32,000 bases of DNA from Zygophlyctis sp. KS116 (GCA_054661495.1 BAAFSQ010000013.1:30001-62000), one strand, 5' to 3'; shown: positions 1 through 13,162, numbered from the stretch's first letter. The notes: generated by a model from the letters alone, not told the origin. Made by a program: numbers and translations.

Positions 1-2220
<2,220 letters not shown>

Positions 2221-2396
2221 GTCCTCTGCAGTGGCTACTTTAGTATTCAGTGCCCGAAGTCAGCTTGAAAATTCAACTGAAGTTAAAATGAAAAGATTTT
2301 TAAAAAGTGATATTCTAATCAATACACAGTGAGAGTTTTTAGGGTGCCGACAGTTCCAATTCTTTGCATACCAATACGTCAAGTACCCTAGGCTGA

Positions 2397-3791
2397 TTAA
2401 GCGCCTTTAGTGGCCGTGCCTGAAGAAGCATTGGTTTGATTTTGGACAGCGCCCTCAGGTCTGTAGATTTTGTTACCATTTTTATCATAGTTGAAATAAC
2501 GTCCGGTCCCTGGCTCTTTAACCCACTCCTGGTCCCCTTCGACCAAGTCGGGTTTATAGCGAGCCACATCATTAGCGTCAAAATAATATAATAACCCTGT
2601 TGAATATTCCTTGTAGTACACTTTTCCCCCTTCTTTCAATTCAATCTTCATTTGACGCACGTCATTTTCATCGTAATATACTAAAGAGTCTAATATATCA
2701 TCGTGATAGTAATTGACCCCATTTTCCACAAGATCAGGTTTCCATTGAATTTCGCCTTGATCATCTTGGTACCAGTATTTTCCAGACTCTTTATCCAAGA
2801 TGTATCCAATCCCGTTCTCTACAATATCCGGCTTAAATTTGACATTTCCAGCCTGGTCAACAGAGTACAGTTTTCCAGATTCTTTATCCATGAAATAATC
2901 TGTACCGTTAATTACTTCATAAGGCTTCAATATAGTGTTGCCATTAGCATCAATACGGTAATATTCTCCGCTTTCTGGTTCCAAGATCCAACTAGAGTTG
3001 GAAACTTCAGTTTTACTTCCCAAAGAACCGTCAATATTTGAGATTGAAGAATTTTGCGAAGAATTTTGCGTAGCTGGCTTACAACTATCAGTGTTATCTT
3101 CTGCATAGTATTTGGGTTTTTCAGTTTGTATATCCAAGCAGTAATATTTCATAGATGTTTTGTTCAAATAATATGAAATTTGAGTATTTGGATCTAAAAT
3201 CAATTCAGGTTTGCCGTTGAATTGGAAGTCACTTGTGTCTGAGTAAACTAATTGCTCCGCCAATACGCCTGCTGCTCCAAAGTTGGGCAGTCCTGAAATA
3301 GGATCAATGGTAACATTTTTTTCGTTTCCATCTTCATCTTTAATAACTGTATACATGGTCTCCGCAATCAAAAATACTCCACTAACTGAAACTTCAACAA
3401 GGACTGCTGTTCTAAATGTTTCAGGAAATGTTTTAACGTATGTTGCCCAATTTAAAGCCTCTTCAGGTCCTTTTAACAATGTCTTGAGCTTTGAAACCAC
3501 TTTCAATACTGGTTTAGCTTTAGAAATTTTCGATAGGAAGCTTGAAGATGGAACAACCTCCTTAAATGATTTATAAGACTTTTTAACTATTGCTGGACGA
3601 AAAATCTTGAAAGATTTTGTTACCGAGCTCTTCAATACCTCCAATGTTAGACGTTTGACTCCATTTGTGACTCCAGGTTTAACAATCTGCGTTACTACTC
3701 CCCTCCGCTTAAGGGCAGTTTGGGGATTTGGAATTCGAACGAGATTGGCTGTTACTAATGATACAAGTAATGCTATTATGAAAGATTTCAT
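2397..3791 (-). CDS. Intronless secreted/membrane protein: signal peptide, KRR-G dibasic site, Lys-rich region, hydrophobic helix, Tyr-rich C-terminal repeats
   Basis: Likely start MKSFIIALLVSLVTA (ATG at 3791). LKRR|GVV site, hydrophobic AVLVEVSVSGVFLIAETMYTVI, six 31-aa repeats. Confidence 0.8.
   Translation of the reverse strand: MKSFIIALLVSLVTANLVRIPNPQTALKRRGVVTQIVKPGVTNGVKRLTLEVLKSSVTKSFKIFRPAIVKKSYKSFKEVVPSSSFLSKISKAKPVLKVVSKLKTLLKGPEEALNWATYVKTFPETFRTAVLVEVSVSGVFLIAETMYTVIKDEDGNEKNVTIDPISGLPNFGAAGVLAEQLVYSDTSDFQFNGKPELILDPNTQISYYLNKTSMKYYCLDIQTEKPKYYAEDNTDSCKPATQNSSQNSSISNIDGSLGSKTEVSNSSWILEPESGEYYRIDANGNTILKPYEVINGTDYFMDKESGKLYSVDQAGNVKFKPDIVENGIGYILDKESGKYWYQDDQGEIQWKPDLVENGVNYYHDDILDSLVYYDENDVRQMKIELKEGGKVYYKEYSTGLLYYFDANDVARYKPDLVEGDQEWVKEPGTGRYFNYDKNGNKIYRPEGAVQNQTNASSGTATKGA
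2455..2990 (-). repeat. Six tandem 31-aa protein repeats, consensus approx. Y-x-x-(D/E)-x-x-SG-x-x-Y-x-x-D-x-NG-x4-KPD-L-VENG
   Basis: Units begin WILEPESGEY, YFMDKESGKL, YILDKESGKY, YYHDDILDSL, YYKEYSTGLL, WVKEPGTGRY. Confidence 0.85.
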
Positions 3792-4017
3792 TTGATTCAA
3801 AATAATGAAAGATTTTGCGGCACTCAACGGCAGTTTAGGCGGCATTCTCAACTAGCCGTGAATGATGGTACATCTGCTCTGAGATGAATTTCTAATTTTC
3901 AGAAAATGTCTTATTATGTATGGCGTTAGTTTAATGATATGGCGATACCATACTGATGTAGAATAAACGGAAGTACGTTAAACGGTTGTCAAAAAAAACA
4001 ATCAGTCTCTTTGCAAT

Positions 4018-4226
4018 TTATTCAAGCAGTTTGGATCTTAGCCAGATCTTAATGGATGATTTTAGTGTTAACAAAGTCATCTGTTTAAACCCATGTTTTC
4101 CGGCAATGTTTATTACTGGTTTCACCTTCTATAATATTGAAGTTGAAAAATCTATATCCAGTTGATACTTGAGATATAGTAGATGCTACTAATGATGCAA
4201 GTAATGCCAAAAAATATTGATTTCAT
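4018..4226 (-). pseudogene. Frameshifted relic paralog of the adjacent secreted gene (2397-3791)
   Basis: ATGAAATCAATATTTTTTGGCATTACTTGCATCATTAGTAGCA vs ATGAAATCTTTCATAATAGCATTACTTGTATCATTAGTAACA. A downstream frame reads HGFKQMTLLTLKSSI vs NGVKRLTLEVLKSSV. The homology is spread over three frames. Confidence 0.75.
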
Positions 4227-4334
4227 CTTGTTTGAAACGATATTGGTCAATTGTTAATACTGACTGTATCGATTAAGAAATTTAAAAATATCGATTTATT
4301 TCCTTCTACTGTTGGAATAACTATTTCTAAAAGT

Positions 4335-7300
4335 CTATCGACTAATGAAATCAACTTTCCATTTGGATTGTTGCAGAATAGGTGGCGTTTTCTGCTCTGG
4401 AATTTCAGTTAATGACATGGGATCGTTGATCCATTTAGATTTGATTTCATCCAGCGTCAGCTTATTGACTTCAATAAATATTTCTGGAATAGATTCCTTC
4501 ATTAGATCAATTAAATCACTAAACTCGGTTTGTAAAGCTTTCGCTTCTGAAAAGTATCCATGAACAATCATAAATCGAATGCGACCTCCGACGTCAACTA
4601 GAAAGTTATTTGCCAACTTATGATTTACCTTGGAGATCATTTCCTTTCTCAATATGTTTTCTGAGTGATTCTGTTAGGAATTCTTCTTGGAATGCTTCAA
4701 CCTTTCCAGCTGCCTTTTTTCTCTCCATCTTACGCTTTTGCTTCGCAGTTCGAGCTGTTCTTGAAGACATATTCGAAAGAGAAGTCCCTGAAATAAATGT
4801 AGTAGCCATAGAAGAAGTGTCAGATTGAAGATCAATATTTTCTAGATTTGGATCATTAGCAAACTCCTTTTTTCTAGCATTTTTCTTTCTAACTTGAGAT
4901 ATTCTTTCTTTATCTCTCTTAAAACTGGTAGACAAGTCATAGATATCATCCCGTAAATATTTTAATGATTCTAGCATTTTTGGCTGGATTAAATTTTTCA
5001 TTACTTCTGGAATATTGTGCTTCATACCAATTCGAACGGCTTCATTCCAGTATCCCCCTAGAGATAGTATTTCGATTGCTAAACTGATATCCGATTGATA
5101 ATCCATCGCAACACGAGCTGCGTGATGGTGCTTATTAGCTTCCAACAGACTTTTGATGATTTCAGATCCCATTTTGAATAATTCTTCGTCAGAATAGTTG
5201 AGTATATGTGCTACTGTAAATGCTTCTTGCCATGATAATGATTTCTTGTAACAATCTAATGACTTACTTTCATTCTTCGCAAGCAAATACAAAGCTGCAG
5301 CTTCTTCGAACTCTTCATTTGTTTCTAAATATTCCGCATAATGTATTAGAGCCCTAAAATAGTTTCTCTGGTCATTAGCAAAAATGTCCAACGCAGGCTT
5401 ATATAGGCCGTGCTGTTTGATATAGTCAAATGACTTTTCGATGTCGCCTAGAATTTAATACAATATAGCTTACCAGAAAGGACTAAGTTTTTTAACGCCT
5501 TTTCAAAACGACCGAGGTGATCGTCAATTGTAAACCGTTGCAAATTTTCTTCCAGTTTCTTCAAACTGTTTAGAAATTGTAGGTAATCCCTAGGATCCTT
5601 TTTATTAAATATTTAGAAAAAATTACCTTTTGTGAGTTTTGAGCGACCATAACTACGAGTTCAAAATCGTAGACACCCAGGGCGAAATCAAAGAGTTTAT
5701 TGGGATCAGCTAGAAATATCAGATATTTAATTGCTTCGTCGGCATATTCTGCACCTTTTGTTTCTTTCAAGTTTAGGATTTTCCTTGTGGCGTTTTCGAG
5801 ATCTGGCGGTGATTTTTTTGACAAGCCAGTCAAGATTGAAGTGGTGTATTTATCTTCATTTAAACTTTCTAAAGTAGAAACGATTAAATCACATACAATA
5901 TTGGTTTTTTCACTCGCGTCCAAGCCATTATCGCCATTTTCAAAACTACTCTTGTAAATCGTTTGGGTCACATTTTCATTCTTCAAAGAAGCTATCAAAA
6001 GATTAATATGTTCCGGATTTTCAATTTGTCCCAAAACGATCCTAATATCTCTAACAAAGGCTTCCATGTCATAATCAATCAATAAATTAAGATCAAGGCG
6101 ATTTTTTCGACAAATCAAGAATGCTGGCAAATATTCCTTATTTTTCAAAAGAGACTTAATTTGTTCCAACAGTAGGGCACGTGGGCAAACTGTCTCCAAA
6201 TTTCCTCTTGGCATTTGGAAAATAATTTTAGTATCATCTGGAAGGGCGATTACTATTTGCGATCCTATTTCTACTCTTCGAAGTTGATCATTGTAAGGAG
6301 ACGGATCCATTGTATCTAAATCAACATCTAAATAAGTCAACCAAGTGCGTACACATACCTTGAAAACTTGCTTTCCTGGGTAACAAGCATAACTTATGTG
6401 AAAAAGTTGTATAAAGAATATGTCGATTGTGTAAAAAATAGGATGTACATTCTGAAGAAAGTAGCTTCTGATTAAAATAGAGCTTATTGGACTCTGTAAG
6501 CCCTATATAAGCAACTTCTGAGTTTTCCATCCCAACAGTCAGTGAAGTAAACCAAGAGCAAACTTCTGGGAAAGATTCGCAGCACATTTTGGATATTGTA
6601 GTTTCGGCACCTATTTCCAATTCGAAAATCATTCCTTCTTCGTCAAGTACAAGTATATGACCTAGGCTGCTAATGTGTAGACGAACCACGTTCTGATGAC
6701 TGACACGAACTAATTCTCTGTTGGTCACATAAACTTTTGACTCTTCTTCCTTAATTTTTAACACAAGCACCCCATCATAACCTTCATTCTTATGGTGAAC
6801 AATAGCTACGACGAGATCTTTTCTCGCCCAATGTACTTGTCGATAATGAAAAGATTCTTGATCTTTAAGACTCAAAGTCCCTATCAATATTGGTAATTGA
6901 ATTTTCGGACAATCAATTTGACTTTTGAAAAAATATAGCTGGTCATCATTCAACATAACACATATATCATCACCATTACCAGTTCCTAGGAAAGAAACAT
7001 GTGATATAGGTCGTGGTAGTTCAAGAGATAATGAAGACATTGGCGGAGGTACATTTTGAATCCTAAACGGAGTCATCTTTAGAGAGCTCCCATCTACAAC
7101 TGCTACTGTTCCGGGGTTTTCTGAAGTTAAGCTTGTGCTAACATATACGTCCTTTACAAACTTCATTCGATGATAAATTCCAGAAACTGTAACATAGTGA
7201 ATTAATAAAGGCTGTAAAGGATCCCAATAAAATTTCAATAAACCATCAGAGGAATTAAACGTTATCGAATGTTTTAAATACCAATGATAGTTACCAGAGC

Positions 7301-8274
7301 TCCAAAATTGCAACTCTAAATTTTAATAAAGCCCATAACATACCATATGAATTTAAAGAAGGAATAAAAATTTGTAGTGCAAGTCCAGTTGAATCACAAT
7401 TCCATGAAACTTCATTAACAATACAGTCGCTTGTTCGCAAAGAAAATTCTCGATGTTTCAAACCATTTTTTTCAATTAAAACAATATTATGAAGATTTGG
7501 TAGTTTTTGGGATGAAGTGATCCAATTTCCACTAGGTCTCCAAGCAACTGCATGCTCAAGACTTGATAACTTTATGTAAAATCCAAAAATTAATATTTAC
7601 CTCTTCACTCTCTGAATGCAATCCACCCATTCTATTATAAACCTTTAAAGATCTTCTATCTCCTTTAACAAATGATACTACAAAATATTCTGCATCTGCT
7701 CTCCAAGAAACTCTAATATTCCCATCATCATTTTCAGAAAGTTTCCCAACTGATTTAACAAGTGCAGCAGCCTTTCCTTCTGATCCATGAAACTGAGTTT
7801 CCTTTTTTCCCCAACCTAGAGCCACTAAATTTTCTAATGGAACCGAATCATTATCCAAGTCTGATTCATTTAAAACCTGAAAATCTGGAGATAACAATAT
7901 CAGTTTATTTTCTCCAGTAATAATCACAATGACGGATTCATCCGGACTCCATTGAAAAACCTATTATAATAAGTAATTTTAAATTGTAATACCTTTATGC
8001 CCATATCAATCTCACCCATTTTTGACCATGTCTGATCAGTATATGTAAATATTTCATTTGTAGTTGCAATAACCCAGATCCCATCAATGACAAGAAAATA
8101 AAAAGAAATAATATCTTTTATAAAATGTGGCACCTCAATGACAGAGTTTGCATTTTTAGAAAATATCCGATCGCCTGCCTTTGAAAGAAACCAAATGTTT
8201 CCATCCCCATCAAATGACATGAGTGATGCATTATTATGTGATTGGGAGTATGAATGCACTGTCCAACTTTTCAT
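4335..8274 (-). CDS. ELP1: Elongator complex subunit 1 (Elp1/Iki3/IKBKAP)
   Basis: WSPD, GWGKKETQFHGSEGK, AWRPSG, NYHWYLK, QMPRGNLET, SQKDPRDYL, basic C-terminal RKMERKK. Introns 7961-7992, 7570-7600, 7316-7343, 6328-6358, 5598-5626, 5448-5473, 4598-4628. Confidence 0.95.
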
Positions 8275-8297
8275 CTTGCAGACTATTGAGGGTTTCA

Positions 8298-8337
8298 ATT
8301 GCAAAATTTGTAAAATTTGTAAAATTTGTAAAATTAT
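8298..8337. repeat. Short tandem repeat (about 4 copies of a TGTAAAATT-type unit) in the 92-bp ELP1/LSM7 divergent promoter
   Basis: attgcaaaatttgtaaaatttgtaaaatttgtaaaatt. Confidence 0.8.
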
Positions 8338-8366
8338 TAGTCTTAAAGGCTTATAAGATCCTTAAA

Positions 8367-8679
8367 ATGAAATCGCAAAAGAAAGCTCCGATTCTAGATC
8401 TGCAAAAGTATTTAGATCAGGAGATTCTGGTAAAATTCCAGGGTGGAAGGGTAATTCAAGGTACTCTAAAGGGATGGGATCCGCTGCAGAATCTAGTCTT
8501 GGATCAGGCGATCGAACTGATAAGAGATCCAAATGATGAATACAAATTACTTGATAAAAGTAGGAAATTGGGACTTGTAGTGTAATTTCTAAATTTCTAA
8601 TTATAGATCTCGTGGACCTGCAGTATCTGCTATTTATCCCTTGAAAGGAACAGAGTCAATAGATAATCCATTTCTTTAA
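8367..8679 (+). CDS. LSM7: U6 snRNA-associated Sm-like protein LSm7
   Basis: ILDLQKYLDQEILVKFQGGR..GTLKGWDPLQNLVLD. Intron 8582-8606 gives LGLVVSRGPAV...IDNPFL*. Confidence 0.93.
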
Positions 8680-8688
8680 TGTTGACTC

Positions 8689-9930
8689 CTAATAAAATTT
8701 CATGATAAGATTTAGAATTCCTTCATCGGATTCACTATTAGACCCACAAACTATTTTAGACGCTCTAATAAATTCTCCTCTAAATTCATATAAACTTTCT
8801 TTATCAAATGTTGTGCAAAGATTATAATATATATCTAGAATTAATAAAAAGAAATTATTACCTAACGGATGCTCAATACAAAACCAATATCGGTCTTTTA
8901 CTCCTCGATGATTGACAATATGTTGATTCTCTTTTGTCCATCCTTTAGAATCTTTAGATAAAATAGATCCAGTTCTAATTGATAATACACCATGAACATA
9001 TGGAAAATCAGAAGAAAAATACTTGAAAAATGCTACTAATAATTCTCCCAAACTTTCTGAATTTCTAGATTTCCATCCAAAATCTGTATATACACAGTTT
9101 TTAGAGCTGAAATTCTCTGTAAATTCTTGTAAAACTGGTAAAACTCCCCTATTTTGACATAGAAATAAAACTAGAAATATATATGTTGATCTTGGTAGAA
9201 TTCCAAATGCTTTTTCTGTATAAATTCTAGTAGAAAACCAGTATTTGACTATTAATAGTAACTGATCAAATCTAGAATCCAAAAGAGAGTAAATTCTAAA
9301 AAGTTGAAGTAATTTTATACTAGATTTTGAGTCAAGTCCTAAATTAACTCTAAATCCTGAAAATGAATCTATACCAAAAATTAATGGAATTCGAGGCTTT
9401 TGAGGAATTCTAATAGACTTCATTCCTACTGAATTTGCTACATGTGCCAAAATATTAATAGATTCTAATGGAATTGTATAATTATCAGAGACTGAAATGA
9501 TTATATCCATATCAACTTCTAGTTTATCCCTAGAATTATTTGTAGAATTAAAATGATCAATACTACAGTTTGGAATGATGTCTTGAAATGATTTTTCAAG
9601 ATATTTTAACAAATGTCTTTGGTTTTTTATAGCATCAATCGATGGCGTTTTTTCTGAAATTAACGAGTAGATTTCTCTATTTAGATTTTCAAAGAATGAG
9701 ACTGTAAACCGACCATCAATACTTTTGAGTTTACACGACTTGATTTCATGCGCAATTGGCGCATCAGATTCAACCGTAGAATTACTTGAGAAATTAGAAA
9801 TTCCAGACGGCGACCTTTGAAATACTAAATCAGAATTGAATGCATTAAAATAATTTGAATAGTCGCTAGTCGGAAGAGAAGAAGGAAAAGAAGAAATACG
9901 AGATCTTTTCCAGATATCCTGATTAATCAT
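8689..9930 (-). CDS. Cid1/Cid13/TUT-family non-canonical poly(A/U) polymerase-like protein, catalytic motifs degenerate
   Basis: DMDI, RIPLI, LDSRF..L...VKYW, N.ESLGELLVAFFKYF, VLSIRTG, CIEHP (PAP-associated domain). In-frame intron 8835-8861. Confidence 0.8.
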   Translation of the reverse strand: MINQDIWKRSRISSFPSSLPTSDYSNYFNAFNSDLVFQRSPSGISNFSSNSTVESDAPIAHEIKSCKLKSIDGRFTVSFFENLNREIYSLISEKTPSIDAIKNQRHLLKYLEKSFQDIIPNCSIDHFNSTNNSRDKLEVDMDIIISVSDNYTIPLESINILAHVANSVGMKSIRIPQKPRIPLIFGIDSFSGFRVNLGLDSKSSIKLLQLFRIYSLLDSRFDQLLLIVKYWFSTRIYTEKAFGILPRSTYIFLVLFLCQNRGVLPVLQEFTENFSSKNCVYTDFGWKSRNSESLGELLVAFFKYFSSDFPYVHGVLSIRTGSILSKDSKGWTKENQHIVNHRGVKDRYWFCIEHPLGNNFFLLILDIYYNLCTTFDKESLYEFRGEFIRASKIVCGSNSESDEGILNLIMKFY

Positions 9931-10052
9931 TCTCTTTGGAGTCTGGCAAGTATTTAATGACGTCGTTGACTGAATACGCGGGAAGTTTCTCCGGATCGAC
10001 TGTTTGGGCTACCGGCTGTACAACTAATCTAAATTCTATATTAAATTTGAAA

Positions 10053-10876
10053 TCAAGAATATTTATTCTTTAATAAATCCCTTAATGATCGAGATAAATC
10101 CCTTTTATAAAGATGTTTGATTACATTAGATATATCCTCCAAATCTTTTAAAGCAACATCAAACAAAATATGCCATTTTGGATGTAATACAAAAGAATGA
10201 GTTTCACATGATAAATATATTACTGCACATGCTATAGTTACTGTTGTATAAGTCACATAAATATGTGTTAATAATGCATCATTTAAATAATTAATGCATG
10301 ATTGAACAATTTCAGATTTAGTAATCAGACCTAAAGAATTCATAATATTGAGTAAAAATCCATGAGGATGTGAGACAGAGACTTTAAAGCCTAAATTTAT
10401 CAATATTATCAATTCTGAATTTTCCATTTTTTCCTTGTAATTATAGTAATCATTTGATTGTGTAGATACTATTTTTAAATTTACATTAAAGTCTTACATT
10501 GTTTAAATTTATCGTGTATTTTTTCCATTTCCTTTTCATCCAATTTTAAAGATTCATCAAATTGAATTACATAATCAAATACTTTAATGAGATCCCTTGT
10601 AGAGATTTGATTTTCTTCAATCTTACAAGCTAAAAAAAGACATCCAAGACTAATCTGAAAAGGATCATATCTGATTAGACTTTTTACATAATAAAATCTC
10701 TGAAACAAGATTTGAGCAGTTGCAGAAGTAGATTGTTTTAATTTTAATATTATTGCAGATCTCTGTATTAATAAACATGATTTAGCTCTAATCTTCCATT
10801 CTAATTCATAATCTAGATCATTGGAAGATGGGGATTTTCTGAATTGGGAAATAGACACTAATGTATTTGGCAGCAT
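10053..10876 (-). CDS. Cyclin L-like transcription/splicing cyclin
   Basis: SPS..DLD.ELE, ATAQILFQRFYY, LFLACKIEE, LGFKVSVSHPH, YLND, IACAVIYL. Intron 10469-10497. Confidence 0.88.
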
Positions 10877-10964
10877 TTCTAATTTCTAATTTCTAATATT
10901 TTGCACTCAACTTGCAAGTTGTAGGCCTTTTGTTAGATCTGGGTCGAGGCCAGTACTCAATAGT

Positions 10965-11214
10965 CTATTTAAATCCCAAGTTTTCAAAATCATCAGTCAC
11001 CATGAGATCATTATCCATTCTGCATTTTAAATATTCCCTTGATAATTCTCTACATTTTCCTTTTTTTTTAATGCAGTCAATATATGCTAATACTAAATGT
11101 TTACACTTTCCTTCTAGATCAAGAGGAAACGCACCTCTTTCAGGTGGGATGGGAGGAGCTACACCGGATAAACTAGGATTTAATAAAGAAGAAAAACCTG
11201 GAACCAATAGGCAT
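10965..11214 (-). CDS. COX19: Cytochrome c oxidase assembly factor Cox19 (twin CX9C)
   Basis: [10 protein letters not shown], twin CX9[23 protein letters not shown] at 11214 is joined by intron 11173-11197. Confidence 0.92.
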
Positions 11215-11296
11215 GATTTAACTCTTAAATACCCTAAACTAAAAGTGACAAAGTCTTTCTAATATAAATACTAATGATTTCCTAATTTTCCTAAGA

Positions 11297-11333
11297 TTTT
11301 GAGTTTTTTGAGTTTTGAGTTTTGAGTTTTGAG
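11297..11333. repeat. TTTTGAG x5 tandem repeat in the COX19/LTO1-like divergent intergenic region
   Basis: ttttgagttttttgagttttgagttttgagttttgag. Confidence 0.8.
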
Positions 11334-11385
11334 AACAGATAAGAGACATGGAAAAGTTTCAAAGATAAAATTTAAAAAAATTATA

Positions 11386-11721
11386 ATGGAAATGGACTAT
11401 TCTCAAGGATTCTCTCAAGGAATGCAAGTACAAAGAGAAAAAGCTTATTCTCAGGGAATAGAACAAGGAGAAAAACTGGCTGCTAAAATTGGATTTTATA
11501 TAGGATTCTGTTTAGAAATTAGTCAAAAATGTGATGAGAAAAGTAGACTTAAAATTCAGATATTTTTAGAAAAATTAAATAATTTCACTCCAAATTTGAA
11601 GACACTGGATGATGATCTCTTACATATTGATTTGGAATTTAGAAAAATTCAATCAAATTTCAGGAAAAACTTGAAAATCTCTGCTCCAAATGTACTTGAT
11701 ATATCTAGTGAAACTTGGTAA
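11386..11721 (+). CDS. Yae1/Lto1 (ORAOV1) family protein
   Basis: GX3 repeats (YSQGFSQG..SQGIEQG), then KIGFYIGFC. C-terminal W (a terminal aromatic residue is typical of Lto1). Confidence 0.7.
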   Translation: MEMDYSQGFSQGMQVQREKAYSQGIEQGEKLAAKIGFYIGFCLEISQKCDEKSRLKIQIFLEKLNNFTPNLKTLDDDLLHIDLEFRKIQSNFRKNLKISAPNVLDISSETW

Positions 11722-11728
11722 TTACTCT

Positions 11729-12826
11729 CTATCTCCTTTTATCTCGTCCTATAGATCTATCTCTAGATCTTTTTCTAGATTCATACTTTGAATGACTTCT
11801 TCTTGGGGATCTGCTATATCTTCTTGGGGATCTACTTTTACTATGTCTCCTAGGTGATCTATCTCTAAATCTTTTATAAGGATCTCCTCTAAACGAATCA
11901 GGCTTATTAAATTTCAAATTTCCTCTTCCTTTGACTCTACGTCCGTCGCAATCTTTTTCTATAGCTTTTACAGGTTTCCAATTTGGATCTCGTCCTCCCC
12001 TGTCTAGATAAGATTTAGGTTCATTAAAATGAGGGACTTGTACAGATGGGAATTCATAATCAGAGTCAAAGAGTTCATTGTCTTCTGAAAGAGCACCCTC
12101 CTCTTCAATAGTAGCTTCAACTTTTAGGTCTTTAGTTTCAGGAATGAGTTCTTGCTCGACATCATGGTCAGAAAATCCAATTTTTGATCCCTTTTTAACT
12201 TGGTTTTCATAATCTTCATCTTTTACTATAATTTCTTCTTGTTTTAGAGAATCTTGCTTTAAAGATTCCTCCTTTAAAACCTTTTTTTTACGAATTAATT
12301 CACCACAATTAGAAATTACAACTCTTGATTCAGGATAGAAGTCTTCATTTGTAGAAAGTTTTTCAATCTCTTTTATACACTCAAATCCAGAAATTACATG
12401 TCCAAAGACAACAGCTTCTCCATTTAAATGTGGAGCAGGCTCTGTAGTTATAAAAAATTGCGATCCATTAGCATCCTTCCCCTTGTTTGCCATTGCCACT
12501 AACCATGGTTGTTCAAATTCACCCAATTCCTCATCTTCAAAAAGACCGCCATAGATTGACTCCCCACCAGATCCCAGACTGACATCTCCACCCTGTATCA
12601 TGAACCCATCCACCACTCTATGAAAATTAGAATCCTTGTACCAAAGTCTAGTTCCATTTGAAGAAATTCCTTTTTCTCCAGTGCATAAACACTTGAAATT
12701 ATAAACAGTTTTTGGGACTTTTTCAAAAGTTTCAATAATGATTCTATAAACTAAAATTACTAGATTTAAGATACCTGGGCCTGCATCAATAGAAATATCT
12801 AGGAAAAATCGACTTGCCCCTTTCAT
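11729..12826 (-). CDS. Cyclophilin-type PPIase with C-terminal RS domain (PPIG/Cyp63-like)
   Basis: VPKTVYNFKCLCTGEKG, FHRVVDGFMIQGGD, MAN.GKDANGSQFFITT, RS/RSP repeats. In-frame intron 12751-12774. Confidence 0.9.
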   Translation of the reverse strand: MKGASRFFLDISIDAGPGILNLVILVYRIIIETFEKVPKTVYNFKCLCTGEKGISSNGTRLWYKDSNFHRVVDGFMIQGGDVSLGSGGESIYGGLFEDEELGEFEQPWLVAMANKGKDANGSQFFITTEPAPHLNGEAVVFGHVISGFECIKEIEKLSTNEDFYPESRVVISNCGELIRKKKVLKEESLKQDSLKQEEIIVKDEDYENQVKKGSKIGFSDHDVEQELIPETKDLKVEATIEEEGALSEDNELFDSDYEFPSVQVPHFNEPKSYLDRGGRDPNWKPVKAIEKDCDGRRVKGRGNLKFNKPDSFRGDPYKRFRDRSPRRHSKSRSPRRYSRSPRRSHSKYESRKRSRDRSIGRDKRR

Positions 12827-12936
12827 AATGTTCTAACACACCCCTTGAACATCTTGTACATTAGTCAACCTAAATCTACGCAGCTGCGCACTTGAATACA
12901 GGTCAGCGTTAGGTTTGTTTTTTTAAATTTGAAAAA

Positions 12937-13132
12937 ATGGCACATTCTGCAGTCTGGAACTCTCATCCCAAAAAGTATGGAAAAGGATCTCGTCAATGCC
13001 GAGTGTGTGCTCATCAAGCAGCTTTAATTAGAAAATATGATTTGAATATGTGTAGACAATGCTTTAGAGAATACTCTACTGCTATCGGATTCATAAAGGT
13101 AATTTAAAGATTATTCATTAAAGTATCGTTGA
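12937..13132 (+). CDS. RPS29: 40S ribosomal protein S29 (uS14); absent from the ORF track
   Basis: [56 protein letters not shown]. Intron 13099-13123. Confidence 0.97.
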
Positions 13133-13162
13133 AAAAAAGTGTTAAAATAAAATATTTTTTTT

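Noticed and set aside
2703-3795. Plus-strand ORFs 2703-3041, 3283-3576, 3607-3795 and similar short antisense ORFs elsewhere (e.g. 10912-11262, 22717-23010, 31495-31791)
   Set aside because: Shadows of real genes on the opposite strand, with no recognisable motifs.
8223-8366. ORF extensions reading KFVKFVKFVK or CKICKICKIC
   Set aside because: Translation of the promoter tandem repeat, not protein.
8367-9930. Functional clustering of LSM7 with a TUTase-like gene, and of other RNA-processing genes
   Set aside because: Adjacency in a dense genome is expected by chance, and no synteny evidence is available.
10908-10921. Perfect 14-bp palindrome CAACTTGCAAGTTG upstream of the cyclin gene
   Set aside because: Single occurrence with no supporting context.
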